From: Okamejei kenojei | Lineage: Eukaryota | Direction of reading: 5' to 3' | Length of the DNA: 64,000 bases | Assembly (NCBI GenBank): GCA_035221665.1 | Contig: CM069135.1 | Coordinates: forward strand, 26,474,001-26,538,000 | Part shown: piece by piece, positions 37,889-49,548 of the stretch | How positions within the stretch are numbered: position 1 is the stretch's first letter | Layout of the letters: each line of letters begins with the position of its first letter | Notes under the pieces: generated by a model | The model's input: only the letters and a program-made list of their open reading frames with translations | Told to the model about the DNA's origin: nothing | Databases searched by the model: none | Program-made: the position numbers and the translations under genes

Positions 37889-38172
37889 TCTTAGAATAAA
37901 TGGGAGGTCATTTAAGACTGAGGTGAGAAAAAACTTTTTCACCCAGAGAGTTGTGAATTTATGGAATTCCCTGCCACAGAAGGCAGTGAAGGCCAAATCA
38001 CTGGATGGGTTTAAGAGAAAGTTAGATAGAGCTCTAGGAGCTAGTGGAGTCAAGGGATATGGGGAGAAGGCAGGCACGGGTTATTGATAGGGGACGATGA
38101 GCCATGATCACAATGAAGGCCGGTGCTGGCTCGAAGTGCCAAATGGCCTCCTCCTGCACCTATTTTCTATGT
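37889..38172 (+). mobile_element. CR1/HER1 3' fragment inside the left Tc1 TIR
   Basis: Matches 7780-8000 and ends TTTTCTATGT. Confidence 0.88.
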
Positions 38173-39345
38173 AATTAAAGTGCAAATGTCAGATTTTATT
38201 ATAGGGTATTTTTATACATTTTGGTTTCACCATGTACAAATTACAGCTGTTTATACGTAGTCCCCCCATTTCAGGGCACCATGTTTGGGACACATGGCTT
38301 CACAGGCATTTGTAATTGCTCAGGTGTGTTTAATTGCCTCCTTAATGCAGGTATAAGAGAGCTCTCAGCACCTAGTCTGTCCTCCAGTTCTTCCATGACC
38401 GTTGGAAACTTTTATTGCTGTTTATCAACATGAGGACCAAAGTTGTGCCAATGAAAGTCAAAGAAACACTTATGAGACTGAGAAACAAGAATAAAACTGT
38501 TACAGACCGCAGCTAAACCTTAGGCTTACCAAAATCAACTGTTTGAAACATCAATAAGAAGAGAGCACTGGTGAGTTTACTAAATGCAAATGGACTGGCA
38601 GGCCAAGGAAGACCTCCACATCTGATGACAGAAGAATTATCTCTATAATAAAGAAAAATCCCTAAACACCTCCGACAGATCAGAAACATTCTTCAGGAGT
38701 CATGTGTGGATTTGTCAATGACCACTCTCTGCAGAAACCTTCATGAACAGAAATAGAGGTCACACTGCAAGATGCAAACCACTGGTAAGCTGCAAAAATA
38801 GTAAGATTAAACGAGAACTTACCCGTTTGAAGTTTGATCTTTATTTTATGAGGCGTTACAATGAGGGATTACGTGAAGCCCTGCCAGGTGCATGCTCTGC
38901 AAACTTCAAAGCAGAAGTGTGAAAAACACAGAACCAATAGCCGAAGTAAGATAGTAAGGCTCACACAAGACTAGAACTACCAGATGATCGTTTAGATAAT
39001 GAGGGTCGGGAGCAGAGGGCACGTAATCCCTCATCGTAACTCCTCATAAAATAAAGATCAAACTTCGAACAGGCAAGTTCTCGTTTAATCTTACTATTTT
39101 ACTTTGGAGTCACGTGAGTGACTACGTGAAGATTTTGAAGCTCTGTGATTTTCATGCCGTAGATTCATTACATACGACACACTGCTTCAGTTGACACAGT
39201 AGTGAGTAAATAATATTATTGAACATTGCTTGAATTATGCAATAAGTATTTTAATAATAATAAAAGAGAAAGAAAAGTAATAACCCCTCTTTCTCAGGGG
39301 GAGATAACAAAAGATATGAACCATTACATAAAAGAAAGCAAACAA

Positions 39346-40242
39346 TCAAACAGAACTCAACACTGCGTGTCCAAACCCTGGCACCGTGAGAACAGGTTTC
39401 TTGTAAAACTTGGAAAAAGTTTCTTCTTTACACCATCCTGCGGCCTCTAAAATTTGGTCGAGCGGTGATGTGCCTTCGCCACGGATGTGGACGCTGCCCT
39501 GGTGGAGTGAGATTTAAGCACATCAGCGTCTACTCCAGCTAAATCCAAAACCTGTTTTAACCATCCAGAAATAGTTTGTACTGACACTTTTTAATATGTT
39601 TTTTTATGGGTAATAAGCATTGCTGTCTCACAACCTCTGAGACTCTTGGTTACTTCAATATATCAAGTCAGATGCTTGGTCGGCAGGGTATGCTCTAAAG
39701 ATTCCAGACTTCCCCGGTCCGCTTTGTTTGATTAGATCATAAACATAAAAAGTAATGTTATCTGCAGACAAATGCATACAATCTAAACGTTACATTTGCA
39801 ATGTTTGTACTCTTTGTGCTGAGCCTAATGCCATGAGCATTACCACTTTAAATGTTAACTTCTGAAAAGACAGTGACGTAATTGGAGCCCATTGCCGAAG
39901 CAATGTGAGAACTATACTGACATCCCAAATTTCTGTATATCTGGGTTTGGGAGGATTTTTATTAAACATCCCTCTCATAAATCGGGATATTAATGGATGA
40001 GACCCGATAGATTGATGTTCTGAAAATTGTCGTAAATAGGAAGACAAAGCACTACGAGCACTATTAATGGAACTATAACTAAGGTGCTGATCAAAATGCA
40101 ACATAGCAAGGAACTCCAATACATCTGATATGTTTGCAGTATAAGATATATCTGACTGAATACAAAAAGCTTCCCATTTCTTTATATGAGACATATATTG
40201 TTTCTTAGTGCTATCTCTCCAAGCTGCAGTTATGACATCCAT
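39346..40242 (-). pseudogene. DIRS tyrosine recombinase (disrupted)
   Basis: SYSSINSARSALS, PPKPRY..WDV and SAQRVQTL. Downstream of stops and frameshifts: HSTRAAS, AAGW and TFSKFY. Confidence 0.9.
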
Positions 40243-40279
40243 GGTCCTATCCGACAGTCCAAGCCCTTGTAATGTCTGG

Positions 40280-42132
40280 TCAGAACCTGCAGATTAACAA
40301 ATTAATATGATCATGCAATGGATGAACTTGTTCTGTCACTGGTTGTACCAACAAATCACTGGAGCTGGGTATCATCCTAAATGATTCAATTATCATTCTA
40401 AGCATCAATGGGAACCACGTAGGCCAGTTTGGAAGCACCAAAACGCCCGTGGCAGAGTCTTGCTCTATTTTAATGAGACATTGCCTAATCAGGCAGAATG
40501 GGGGAAAAGCATAGAAAAACATATTTCCCCAATGTAGCGAGAATGCATCCAACACTACTGCTCCTGGGTCAGGCTCCCATGAGACGTATTTAGGCAACTG
40601 GTGATTTAATCTGAACGCAAACAGATCAATGTCTGGTAAACCATATGGACTGACAATCTTTTTGAAAATTTGTGGATTTAACATCCATTCTGTATTGTCT
40701 TTGAACTCCCATGATCTGTTGTCTGCCACAACATTGTCTTTCCCTGGGAGATAGATAGCTGAAAGCCAGATATTCCTAGATATACACCAATGCCACATCA
40801 GGTTGACCAGATGATCACATGATACTGATCTTACTCCACCCATGTGATTGATATATGCTACAGCTGTGGTATTGTCTACTTGTAATTGAACATACAAGTC
40901 CTTCATTGTAGAACAATAAGCTTTTAATCCAAAAAAGGCCCCCAATAACTCCAAATAATTAATACCATATGTTTGGAGAATTAAATCCTCTTGGACAGTC
41001 CATCTACCACCACAGCTGGTGTTATTGTCCGTAGCCCCCCATCCAAGAGCACTTACATCAGTTTGCAAAACCACTGCAGGTTGCTGAATAACAATGTTTT
41101 TAACAGCTTGTGCAACATTCCCAATCCACCACTAATTCAGCTAAAGCTTCCGATGGCAACTGCATGGGTCTATCAAAATGACCTGCACGTTTTTTTTAGT
41201 GCTTGTGCTCTTGCACTTTGAAGATTTTGATAATGCAGAGGACCAAACTCAACAGCAGGGAATGCTGCTACTATCTTGCCAATAACCCTAGCTACTTCTC
41301 GGATGGAGGGATAAGGTTTGTCAGCAAGGCAGCTACACGCATTTGTAATATCCACAACTTTATCTGTTCGTAAAGTTACTGACATAGCAACTGAATTAAT
41401 GACAAACCCCAAATACTCAATTGTTAGTGATGGCTGTAGCTTAGATTTCGTTGGATGGATCAGAAACCCTAGCCTTTCAAACAGGCTTATAGTTGCAGAA
41501 ACTGATTCTTCAGCTGATTCCCGAGTGGCATTAACAATTAAAATATCATCAAGATAAGCCATGACAATGTGATTTTGAGCCCTTAACAATGCAAGTGCTG
41601 GTTTCAATCATTTTGTGAACAGCCTGGGAGCTGAACTTAACTCGTTAGGTAATGCTTTATATTGCCACAGCTGACCCATCCAATTAAACTTCAAGTACCT
41701 GCGATAATGGTGATGAATTGGCACTGAATAATATGCATCTTTTAAATCTATAGTAGCCATGTAACAGCCTATGGACAACAACTGCTTTGCAGTGTTGGAG
41801 GTGTCCATTTTGAAATGTCTATACTGGACATATGAATTCAATTTTGTGAGATCCAGAATGACTCTACAACCCCCATCTTTCTTTGGCCTGGGGAAAATAT
41901 TTGACACAAATTGTTGCGGATGATTCCCCGTACTTTCAATTACCCTTTTTTCAAATAAATTTTTTACTTCTCCTTTTGCCTGACAATTATCAGGTGCAGA
42001 AAACACCAAAACCCGATTAGGTTTATTCTGTACAGGTGGATCAACTCCATCCATAAATTCTATTATAGCACCTGACACAGTATCTAATATAAACCGATCA
42101 GATGTTATACAGTACCATTCATCATAAAACAA
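40280..42132 (-). pseudogene. DIRS pol: RT, RNase H and DNA adenine-methyltransferase-like domain (disrupted)
   Basis: IDLKDAY and YLDD, in-frame TGA at 41608-41610, frameshift near 41190. TDVS..GWG, INYLEL and DNTTAVAYIN. DLFA...YAFPPF. Confidence 0.92.
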
Positions 42133-42138
42133 TTGTAA

Positions 42139-43260
42139 TCAACCACCAACCGGAGGTTCCCCAAAAGTTTCCTCTGTGATAGAATAAAGTTTTTGTACCT
42201 CAGCAAATGACCGTGACGGTCTCCTCCTTCCAACATATGGATGGACATTGGGCTGTGATGGGTAATAAAACCTTCTCACCATACCCCTGCCTCTGTTTGT
42301 TCCTGCTCCTGAATCAAACCCCCTTCTCATCCAGCCAGATTGTCTCCTTTGGCCAAATTTGAAAGGTTTCATGAGGCTGATAGTCTTTGCCTCCTCATCG
42401 ATTTCTTTAATTTGTTTAGGCAGCTTTTCTCCGAATAAATAATCTGGAGCTTGAACATTGCTTGATTTACACAGACCTGCAAATCTTGGGTGCAGGATGG
42501 GCCGAATGGCGATTTTCCTCATACAATTAATCTCAAAATAAGAGTTACAAAACAATGCCAACATGTCTTTTTGGATTTTGGACATAGCATGCCCTTCCAC
42601 CTGCCTCCCAAAAGCAGTAATGCCAGCCGCAATGAGCTTGAGGACCCTCTGGAACCGTATTTCCTGTCCTCGCATTGTTGAAGTCATGGGTGTCCAAATT
42701 GCCGGATTCACCGTCGGCACCCTCAATGACGGACAATTAACAGGTATTTTATAGAGGTCTGCTGTCTCAACCATGACAGTCTCCTGAAGCTGGTGAGAAA
42801 CCAAATAATTAATGTTGGCCGCCAGGTTTTCTTCCATGACCTCACCGCTCCCCTCTGGTATAGCAAAGGATTGTGCTATATCTGGTACACCTGGAGTTTG
42901 ACTCTTGTGCTGTGGTGAGTACTCATGACCAGAAACACCACCTTCAGGGTCAGTCTCCTGCTGCCCTGGTACTCCTGAGACTTGCTCAAAGGAGACTTCT
43001 TCCAGACCTAAACAAGGCTCTGGAGGTTCACATTCCCATGTTGTAAAGGCACCATATTCATGATATGGAACCCCCTCAGGGGTTGCCTGGGAATATTCTG
43101 GGTCTTTGGACCCTTGGTTGATAATAGTTTGGAGCATTTTCTCCATTTGGTCCATCCTGAGCCACATGGCTCGTCTGTCTGGAGGATCTTCTTCATCAGA
43201 CTCGTCTGATATTACGGGCCTAACAGACTTCCTTTTATTTTTTTCTATCCACTGGAGCAC
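42139..43260 (-). CDS. DIRS ORF1 (gag-like), open for 373 aa
   Basis: Position upstream of pol. PVNC..LRVPTVN..IW and YLFGE motifs resemble DIRS ORF1. Confidence 0.75.
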   Translation of the reverse strand: MLQWIEKNKRKSVRPVISDESDEEDPPDRRAMWLRMDQMEKMLQTIINQGSKDPEYSQATPEGVPYHEYGAFTTWECEPPEPCLGLEEVSFEQVSGVPGQQETDPEGGVSGHEYSPQHKSQTPGVPDIAQSFAIPEGSGEVMEENLAANINYLVSHQLQETVMVETADLYKIPVNCPSLRVPTVNPAIWTPMTSTMRGQEIRFQRVLKLIAAGITAFGRQVEGHAMSKIQKDMLALFCNSYFEINCMRKIAIRPILHPRFAGLCKSSNVQAPDYLFGEKLPKQIKEIDEEAKTISLMKPFKFGQRRQSGWMRRGFDSGAGTNRGRGMVRRFYYPSQPNVHPYVGRRRPSRSFAEVQKLYSITEETFGEPPVGG

Positions 43261-44880
43261 CCTCAGTGGCCTGGGGCTGTGGAGCGTCTAAAGGCTGAAT
43301 TACGGCTGGGTCTACGGCTACCGGTATCAGAACCGGCTCCGTACTTATCTACTTATCCCTGATCTTAATTGAGTTGCTTCCACCCGGGAAGCGCACTTTC
43401 CCCGCGCTGATTTTTTCCCAGTACTCTCCATTTTTACTTCCCAAACTCCTCCAGGCTAGTCCAGCCAGCATCATGGAGCTTAACACCCAGGAAGTAGTTT
43501 CAAACCCACTTACCCGCGGGTTGGTTACTCACCGCTGGTGGAGCTGCGATCTGCAGCCCGTTCCTACCGACATGCGTCGACGTAATGCCGAGCATGCGCC
43601 TGGCGGGGCTTCTTCACGTAGTCACTCACGTGACTCCGAAGTAAAATAGGATGGCCAGGTTACAGTTTGCCAAGCAGTACGTAAAAGATCAACCACAGTT
43701 CTGGAAAAAGGTCTTGTGGACAGATGAGACGAAGATTAACTTATATCAGAGTGATGGCAAGAGCAAAGTATGGAGGAGAGAAGGAACTGTCCAAGATCCA
43801 AAGCGTACCACCTCATCTGTGAAACACGGTGGTGGGGGTGTTATGGCCTGGGCATGTATGGCTGCTGAAGGTACTGGCTCACTTCTCTTCATTGATGATA
43901 CAACTGCTGATGGTAGTAGCATAATGAATTCTGAAGTGTATGGACACATCCTATCTGCTCAAGTTCAAACAAATGCCTCAAAACACATTGACCGGTGGTT
44001 CATTCTACAACAAGACAATGATCCCAAACATACTGCTAAAGCAACAAAGGAGTTTTTCAAAGCTAAAAAAGTGGTCACGTCTTGAGTGGCCAAGTCAATC
44101 ACCCGATCTGTACTCAATTGAACATGCCTTTTATATGCTGAAGAGTAAACTGAAGGGTACTAGCCCCCAAAATAAGCATAAGCTAAAGATGGCTGCAACA
44201 CAGGTTTGACAGACCAAAGACACCCAACAACTGGTGATGTCCATGAATTGCAGACTTCAAGCTGTCATTGCATGCAAAGAATATGCAACAAAATACTAAA
44301 CATGACTACTTTCATTTACATGACATTGCTGTGTCCCAAACATTATGGTGCCCTGAAATGGGGGAACTATGTATAAACACTGCTGTAATTTCTACATGGT
44401 GAAACCAAAATGTATAAAAATGGCCTTTATTAAAATCTGACAATGTGTGCTTTAACCATGTGCGATTATTTCTAGTACAAATCTCAAATTGTGGAGTACA
44501 GTGGCAAATAAATAAATGACGGGTCTTTGTTCCAAAGATTATGGCGGGCACTGTATCACCTGCTATCATCTCCCCCACAACCCAGCAGGCTTGGTCTCTT
44601 CCCTCTTCTCCCATCAAACCACAGCTTCCTTCCCTCCCCACCATCCTACCGCCCTCACCCCCCCCCCCCCAACCTCAGGTCCTAGGTTTTCCATTTCCCC
44701 ACTGCCCTCACCCTGTCCTAGGTTCTCCATCTCCCCAAATCCAAATAAAGTTCCCCCACTCTAATCACTCCACTAACCTTTTTTTTTAAATCCTCTATTG
44801 TGCTTCCCTTCTCTCCCCCTGGTGCACTCAAGTTCCCCCCCTTGCTCACACAACTCTGCCACCACAGTCCTATCCACCTT

Positions 44881-45657
44881 ATTCAATTCAATTCAATTCA
44901 ATTCAATTCAAATTTAATGTCATTGCACAGATACAGGTATGGGTACAACGAAATGCAGTTTAGTGTCAGTACGTAGTGATAGCAATGTTTAGATAAATAC
45001 AGATAAATAAATACAGATGTGGGCATCTATCGGCGGGACTCCGAGTTCAGCAGTGCGATGATGTTATTGTAGAAGCTACTCCTCATCCTGCTGGTGCGGG
45101 ACCTGAGGCTCCTGTACCGCCTCCCCGATGGTAGGAGGGCAAACAGTCCATGGTTAGGGTGGGAGGGGTCCTTGATGATCTTCCCAGCCCGTCTCAGACA
45201 CCGTTTTCGGTGGAGGGCATCCAAAGCAGGGAGCGGGGCACCGATGATGTGCTGGGCGGTTTTCACCACCCGTTGTAGTGCCTTCCTGTCTGCTACGGTG
45301 CAACTGCTGTACCAGACCGTAAAGCAGGTGGTCAGGATGCTTTCGATGGTACAGCGGTAGAAGTTGGTCAGGATCTGGGGGGACAGGTGGGCTTTTTTGA
45401 GCCTCCTCAGGAAATAAAGGCGCTGCTGCGCCTTTTTGACCAGCTTGGAGGTGTTGAGGGACCAGGACAGATCCTCCGAGATGTGTACCCCCAGGGATTT
45501 GTAGTTGGAGACCCGCTCCACCTCAGTCCCGTTTATATGGATGGGGGTGTGTCTGCCCCCTCTGTTCTTCCTGAAGTCGACAATGATCTCCTTCGTCTTT
45601 TGGGAGTTAAGGACGAGGTTGTTATTGGCACACCAGGTTGTCAGGTGCTGGACCTCC
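44881..45657 (-). mobile_element. Rex1/Babar 3' fragment
   Basis: ORF 45027-45521 contains KKAQQRLYFLRRL..YRCTIESIL..LPSGRRYRS. (TTGAA)n tail. Confidence 0.92.
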
Positions 45658-46384
45658 TCAGATGCTTATTCCCTCCTGACCATTTTTGCAGTGCCCTTTC
45701 GTTCTCCTCTCTCTTCCCTGCCTTTTTCCCTTTCCCTGGTTTTCCCGCCCTCTCTTCTGCAGCCTTTGGTTTCCATTTTTTACCCCACACACAGCGCCTC
45801 CTCCCTCACCCTCTGGTTCCCGAGTCCAGTTGTCCTTCTCACACACAATTTCCAGGTTTCTAGCCCCTAGCTCAGGGTGGCAGTGCTCGAGACCCAAACC
45901 TGATCTCTGGTGCAGAGTTTGCATGTTCTCCGGTGGGATTCCCCCGGGTGCTCTGCCTTCCTCCTACATCCCAAAGCCACACAGCTCGGCAGGTTAATTG
46001 ATCGCTGTAAATTGTGCCTAGATTGTTTGTGACTATTAGACCCTAGTAGGGAGTTAATGGAAATAATTTTAACATCTCTCACAGAAAACAACAGGAGGCA
46101 CATCCTTTTCAGGGGGCATAGGTCCAAAAAAATGGCTGGGAATTATATTTTTTGTTTGATTTTTCCACAGTAACTTTTTGATTTAAAAAGCCTGGGTTTA
46201 TAGGGCACACAGCCAAAAGATTCTCCAGACATCTGTTCTGAGCTGGTCTGTTCATAGCTGATCTATGGTGAGATTGCAAAACAAATGAAATCAAATTCAT
46301 TAAGACCTCTTCCAATGGAGTGATGTAATTTGGAAAAATCCCACGTTCGTGGTGACATTTAAATATTGTTTGGACCAATTCATA

Positions 46385-46620
46385 GGCTGCAGAAAATGGT
46401 GGGCATCGCAGGTACTGATTTCCCTACCATTGAAGGGATCCACAGGAAGCACTGCCTCAAAAGGCAGTTAATATCACCAAAGACCCACAGCACCCTGGCC
46501 CCACTCTCAACTCGCTGCTACCATCGGGATAAGCGTCCAGGAGCCTGAGAACCGTGACCACCAGGTTCAAGAACAGCTTCTTCCCATTAACCAGCAGGCT
46601 CTTGAATGCACAATCCTAAC
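46385..46620 (+). mobile_element. Rex1/Babar 3' fragment (old)
   Basis: Similar to 23580-23780. Confidence 0.7.
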
Positions 46621-46730
46621 TGTTATTTCAGCAACGATCTCCTATGGACTTTGTTTAGTTGCATTATGTACTGTGGTTTAGACTATTATGGTCTCATTAC
46701 CTCGTGTTCCTGATATTATTCTATGATTAA

Positions 46731-46987
46731 TGGGCCTGTCCCACTTTGGCGATATTTTCGGTGACTGTCATGGTCGTAGCAGGTCGCCGAAAACCCCCTA
46801 CAACAATGTCTACAACAACCTACCACCTAGTCGACGGCAAGCTACCGACAACCGGCGACCCATTAGGACGTCCACCTACGACCACACCTACGACAACCTG
46901 TCCTCCCACAACGAGCTATGACCCTGCCGGCGACAATTGAAGATAACTTAAGACAATTCAGTTGCTGACGGTACCTGTCGCCGGTTG
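46731..46987. mobile_element. PIF/Harbinger-like MITE truncated by the assembly gap
   Basis: TAA|TGGGCCTGTCCCACTTTGGCGA, a TIR related to that at 4881, followed by CTACGAC-type internal repeats. Confidence 0.6.
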
Positions 46988-47182
46988 NNNNNNNNNNNNN
47001 NNNNNNNNNNNNNNNNNNNNNNNNNNNNNNNNNNNNNNNNNNNNNNNNNNNNNNNNNNNNNNNNNNNNNNNNNNNNNNNNNNNNNNNNNNNNNNNNNNNN
47101 NNNNNNNNNNNNNNNNNNNNNNNNNNNNNNNNNNNNNNNNNNNNNNNNNNNNNNNNNNNNNNNNNNNNNNNNNNNNNNNNNN
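46988..47182. other. Assembly gap (195 N)
   Basis: Run of n. Confidence 1.
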
Positions 47183-47250
47183 TGCTCTGTAGTTATGCCT
47201 ACAATATTCTGTTGTGCAGCAGCAAGCAAGAATTTAATTGTCCTGTCTGG

Positions 47251-47358
47251 GACTTGCGGCGGAGAAGCATAGACTGCGGACGATCTCCGCAGAGGCACAG
47301 ATGTGGCACTGGCTGTGGCAAAGCGATGGCAGACCCTCGCCTGACACACGAGCGAAAA
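47251..47358 (+). mobile_element. Vingi-like 3' terminal fragment
   Basis: Matches the reverse complement of 12205-12290 (ACTGCGGACGATCTC..AGAGGCACAGATGTGGCACTGGCTG..CTGACACACGAG). Confidence 0.85.
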
Positions 47359-47554
47359 ATGCATATGACATTTAAACACGTGACTCTTGATATAGAAAAG
47401 GGATTAGGTGATTAAGAGTCAATTTTTTATCCGGGCATTTACAAAAATTGTATTTTTTAAACATTTAGTGCACATGATGCCTCCACATTCACCAACATTC
47501 ACTGTCCTGATATAAACCAAGGCTTTGATGGGTTTGTTTAAGTCCCACTCCAGA

Positions 47555-47885
47555 GAGGCACAGCTCGCAGAGATGCTGCCTCACAGCTTCAGTTTTGGGT
47601 GTGAAGTTTGCACCTTCTCCCTGATACTGTGCGCGATTTCCCAGGGTGCTCCAGTTTCCTCTCACCCAAATGATGTGTGGATTGGTAAGGTGATTGGTTG
47701 CAGTTAATATGTCCTGGTGTGTGCATGAGGGGTGGAATCTTGTTTGGGAGGAGTGGGGTTGATGGGAATGCGTAGAGAATAAAAAAGGAGGGGTAGGGAA
47801 GAATGAGCGTAAAAGTGGATGATTGATGGTTGTCACAGACTCAGTGGTAGAAGGGTCTGCTTCCAAGCAGTGTTTCACAAGCATG
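47555..47885 (+). mobile_element. Degenerate V-SINE
   Basis: GGCACAG..GCTGCCTCACAGC..AGTTTGCAC.TTCTCCCTG. Confidence 0.7.
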
Positions 47886-48104
47886 ATATTCACATCCTGA
47901 AAAAAAAATGAAGTATTGGCTGGGGGTCCAGGAGGGTGACTATGCCCCCGGTGGGGTCCAGGGGCAGTGCCCTCTGAAGCTCCTGCATTTTCAATAAATT
48001 GAAAGTGATTCTCAAGCTTTCTGCTGGTAGTTTACATAACAGAAGCTTAAAATTCTTCTAATACGTAAGCAGTAAAATAGCCCCCAAAATATATATATTT
48101 CATG

Positions 48105-48470
48105 AAATAGACAATAGGTGCACGAGTATGCCATTCATCCCTTTGAGCCAGCACCGCCATTCACTGTTATCATGGCTGATCATCCACAATCAGTACCCCA
48201 TTCCTGCCTTCTCCCCATATCCCTGGACTCTGCTATCTTTAAGGGCTCTATCTATCACTCTCTTGAAAGCCTCCAGAGAATTGGCCTCCACTGCCTTCTG
48301 AGGCAGCAAATTCCACAATTTACAACTCTCTGTATGAAAAAGTCTATCCTCATCTAAATGGCCAACCCCTTATTCTTAAGGTCATCCTGGTTCCGGATTC
48401 TCCCAGCACTGGAAACATGTTTTCTGCTTTTAGCGTGTCCAAACCCTTAATAATCTTATATGTTTCAATA
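48105..48470 (-). mobile_element. CR1/HER1 3' fragment
   Basis: IETYKIIKGLD..MFPVLGESGTR plus 3' UTR. Confidence 0.85.
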
Positions 48471-48639
48471 AATGACTTCACACAGCTAAAAAAGTTTTTA
48501 CAAAAAATGTTACCTGAAATGTCTCTTTGTCGCGCACTTTTTGTGAAAATTGTGAATTTGTGGAATTCTCTGCCACAGAAGGCAGTGGTGTCATCGCCTT
48601 CAGCAGCACCTCGGTCTCCGTTCCTGAGCTCAGACACCC

Positions 48640-48920
48640 ACTTCTCCTCACCTACGCTCACTTCCCCTCACCTACACCTCGACTAATCCCCTCGCCTCAC
48701 TAAACCCCTCGCCTCGACGATACCTCACTACCAAACTTCTCCTCACACCTAAACCTCGCCTCGACTAAACCGTACCTCACTAAACCTCGCCCCTCAAATA
48801 AACCTCACACCTCACTAAACTTCACCTCACACCTTAACCCCACCTCAACTTAACTAAACCTCCCACCTCACGACTAAACTACACCTCACATCTAATCCGC
48901 GCCTCGACTAATCACCACCT
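48640..48920. repeat. Degenerate C/A-rich minisatellite
   Basis: Recurring CCTCACTAAAC and CCTCGACTAA units. Confidence 0.8.
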
Positions 48921-49548
48921 CTCTCCCACTATTTACTCAAGGAACTGCAGATGCTGGAATCTGGAGTAAATAAAGTGCTGGGCTAACTGAGCGGGTCATT
49001 AGCATCTCTGAAGAACATGGATTAGTGATGTTTCAGGTCGAGACCCTTCTTCAGAACCTGAACATCATCTAACCCCTCATCTCCAAAGATGCTGCCAGGC
49101 CCACTGAGTTATTGATTTGCATCAATCCTCAGTGCTTTGCACCCCCTCCACTCTCTCACCATTGGTCATCCAACATGATACCCTGCCTACCCTACTACCT
49201 AACCATCTGTTATCCAACATGTCCATTTTCATAAAGCCCTGCCCACCCCACTCTCCTACCATTGATTATCCAACATGTCCATCCTCACAATGCCACATCC
49301 TCTCAATCAGTTGAAAAGTGACTTAAATGTGCTTCCACCAAAAAGGCAAATAATGTTTATTTTTAAGCCTCTGGGTTCGCTGCCAGCCATATCCTGGAGA
49401 GATGTCTACAATTGTTGGTGTTTCGTCATCTCCAGCTGCACTACACAACTGCAGTAGGTGTTCCCATAGCTCGTCTCTTGCCTGTTATGCTGCTGCAAAT
49501 AAGAATTTCATTGTTCTGTTTTCAGTTCATTTGATAATTAAACACACT

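Larger units (their letters stand above)
38802..43649 (-). mobile_element. DIRS1-like tyrosine-recombinase retrotransposon, structurally complete
   Basis: Inverted termini (ACGTGAAG..CCnGCCAGGnGCATGCTC at about 38871 and, reversed, at about 43590-43619). Internal complementary region 39020-39132. Gag, RT/RNase H/methyltransferase-like and YR ORFs. Confidence 0.95.
37767..44553 (+). mobile_element. Full-span Tc1 transposon (TA TSD, long IR/DR TIRs, degenerate DD34E-type transposase) hosting a CR1 fragment and a DIRS element
   Basis: TA|CAGTGCCCTCCATAATGTTTGGGAC ... TTATGGCGGGCACTG|TA. ATG at 38430. WTDETK, VKHGGG, QDNDPKH and WPSQSPDLYSIEH. Confidence 0.93.

Noticed and set aside
46948-47379. 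ORFs spanning X residues
   Set aside because: Artefacts of the N gap.
47920-48000. GGGGTCCAGG repeats resembling the interior of a DNA-transposon MITE
   Set aside because: No termini or TSD could be located.
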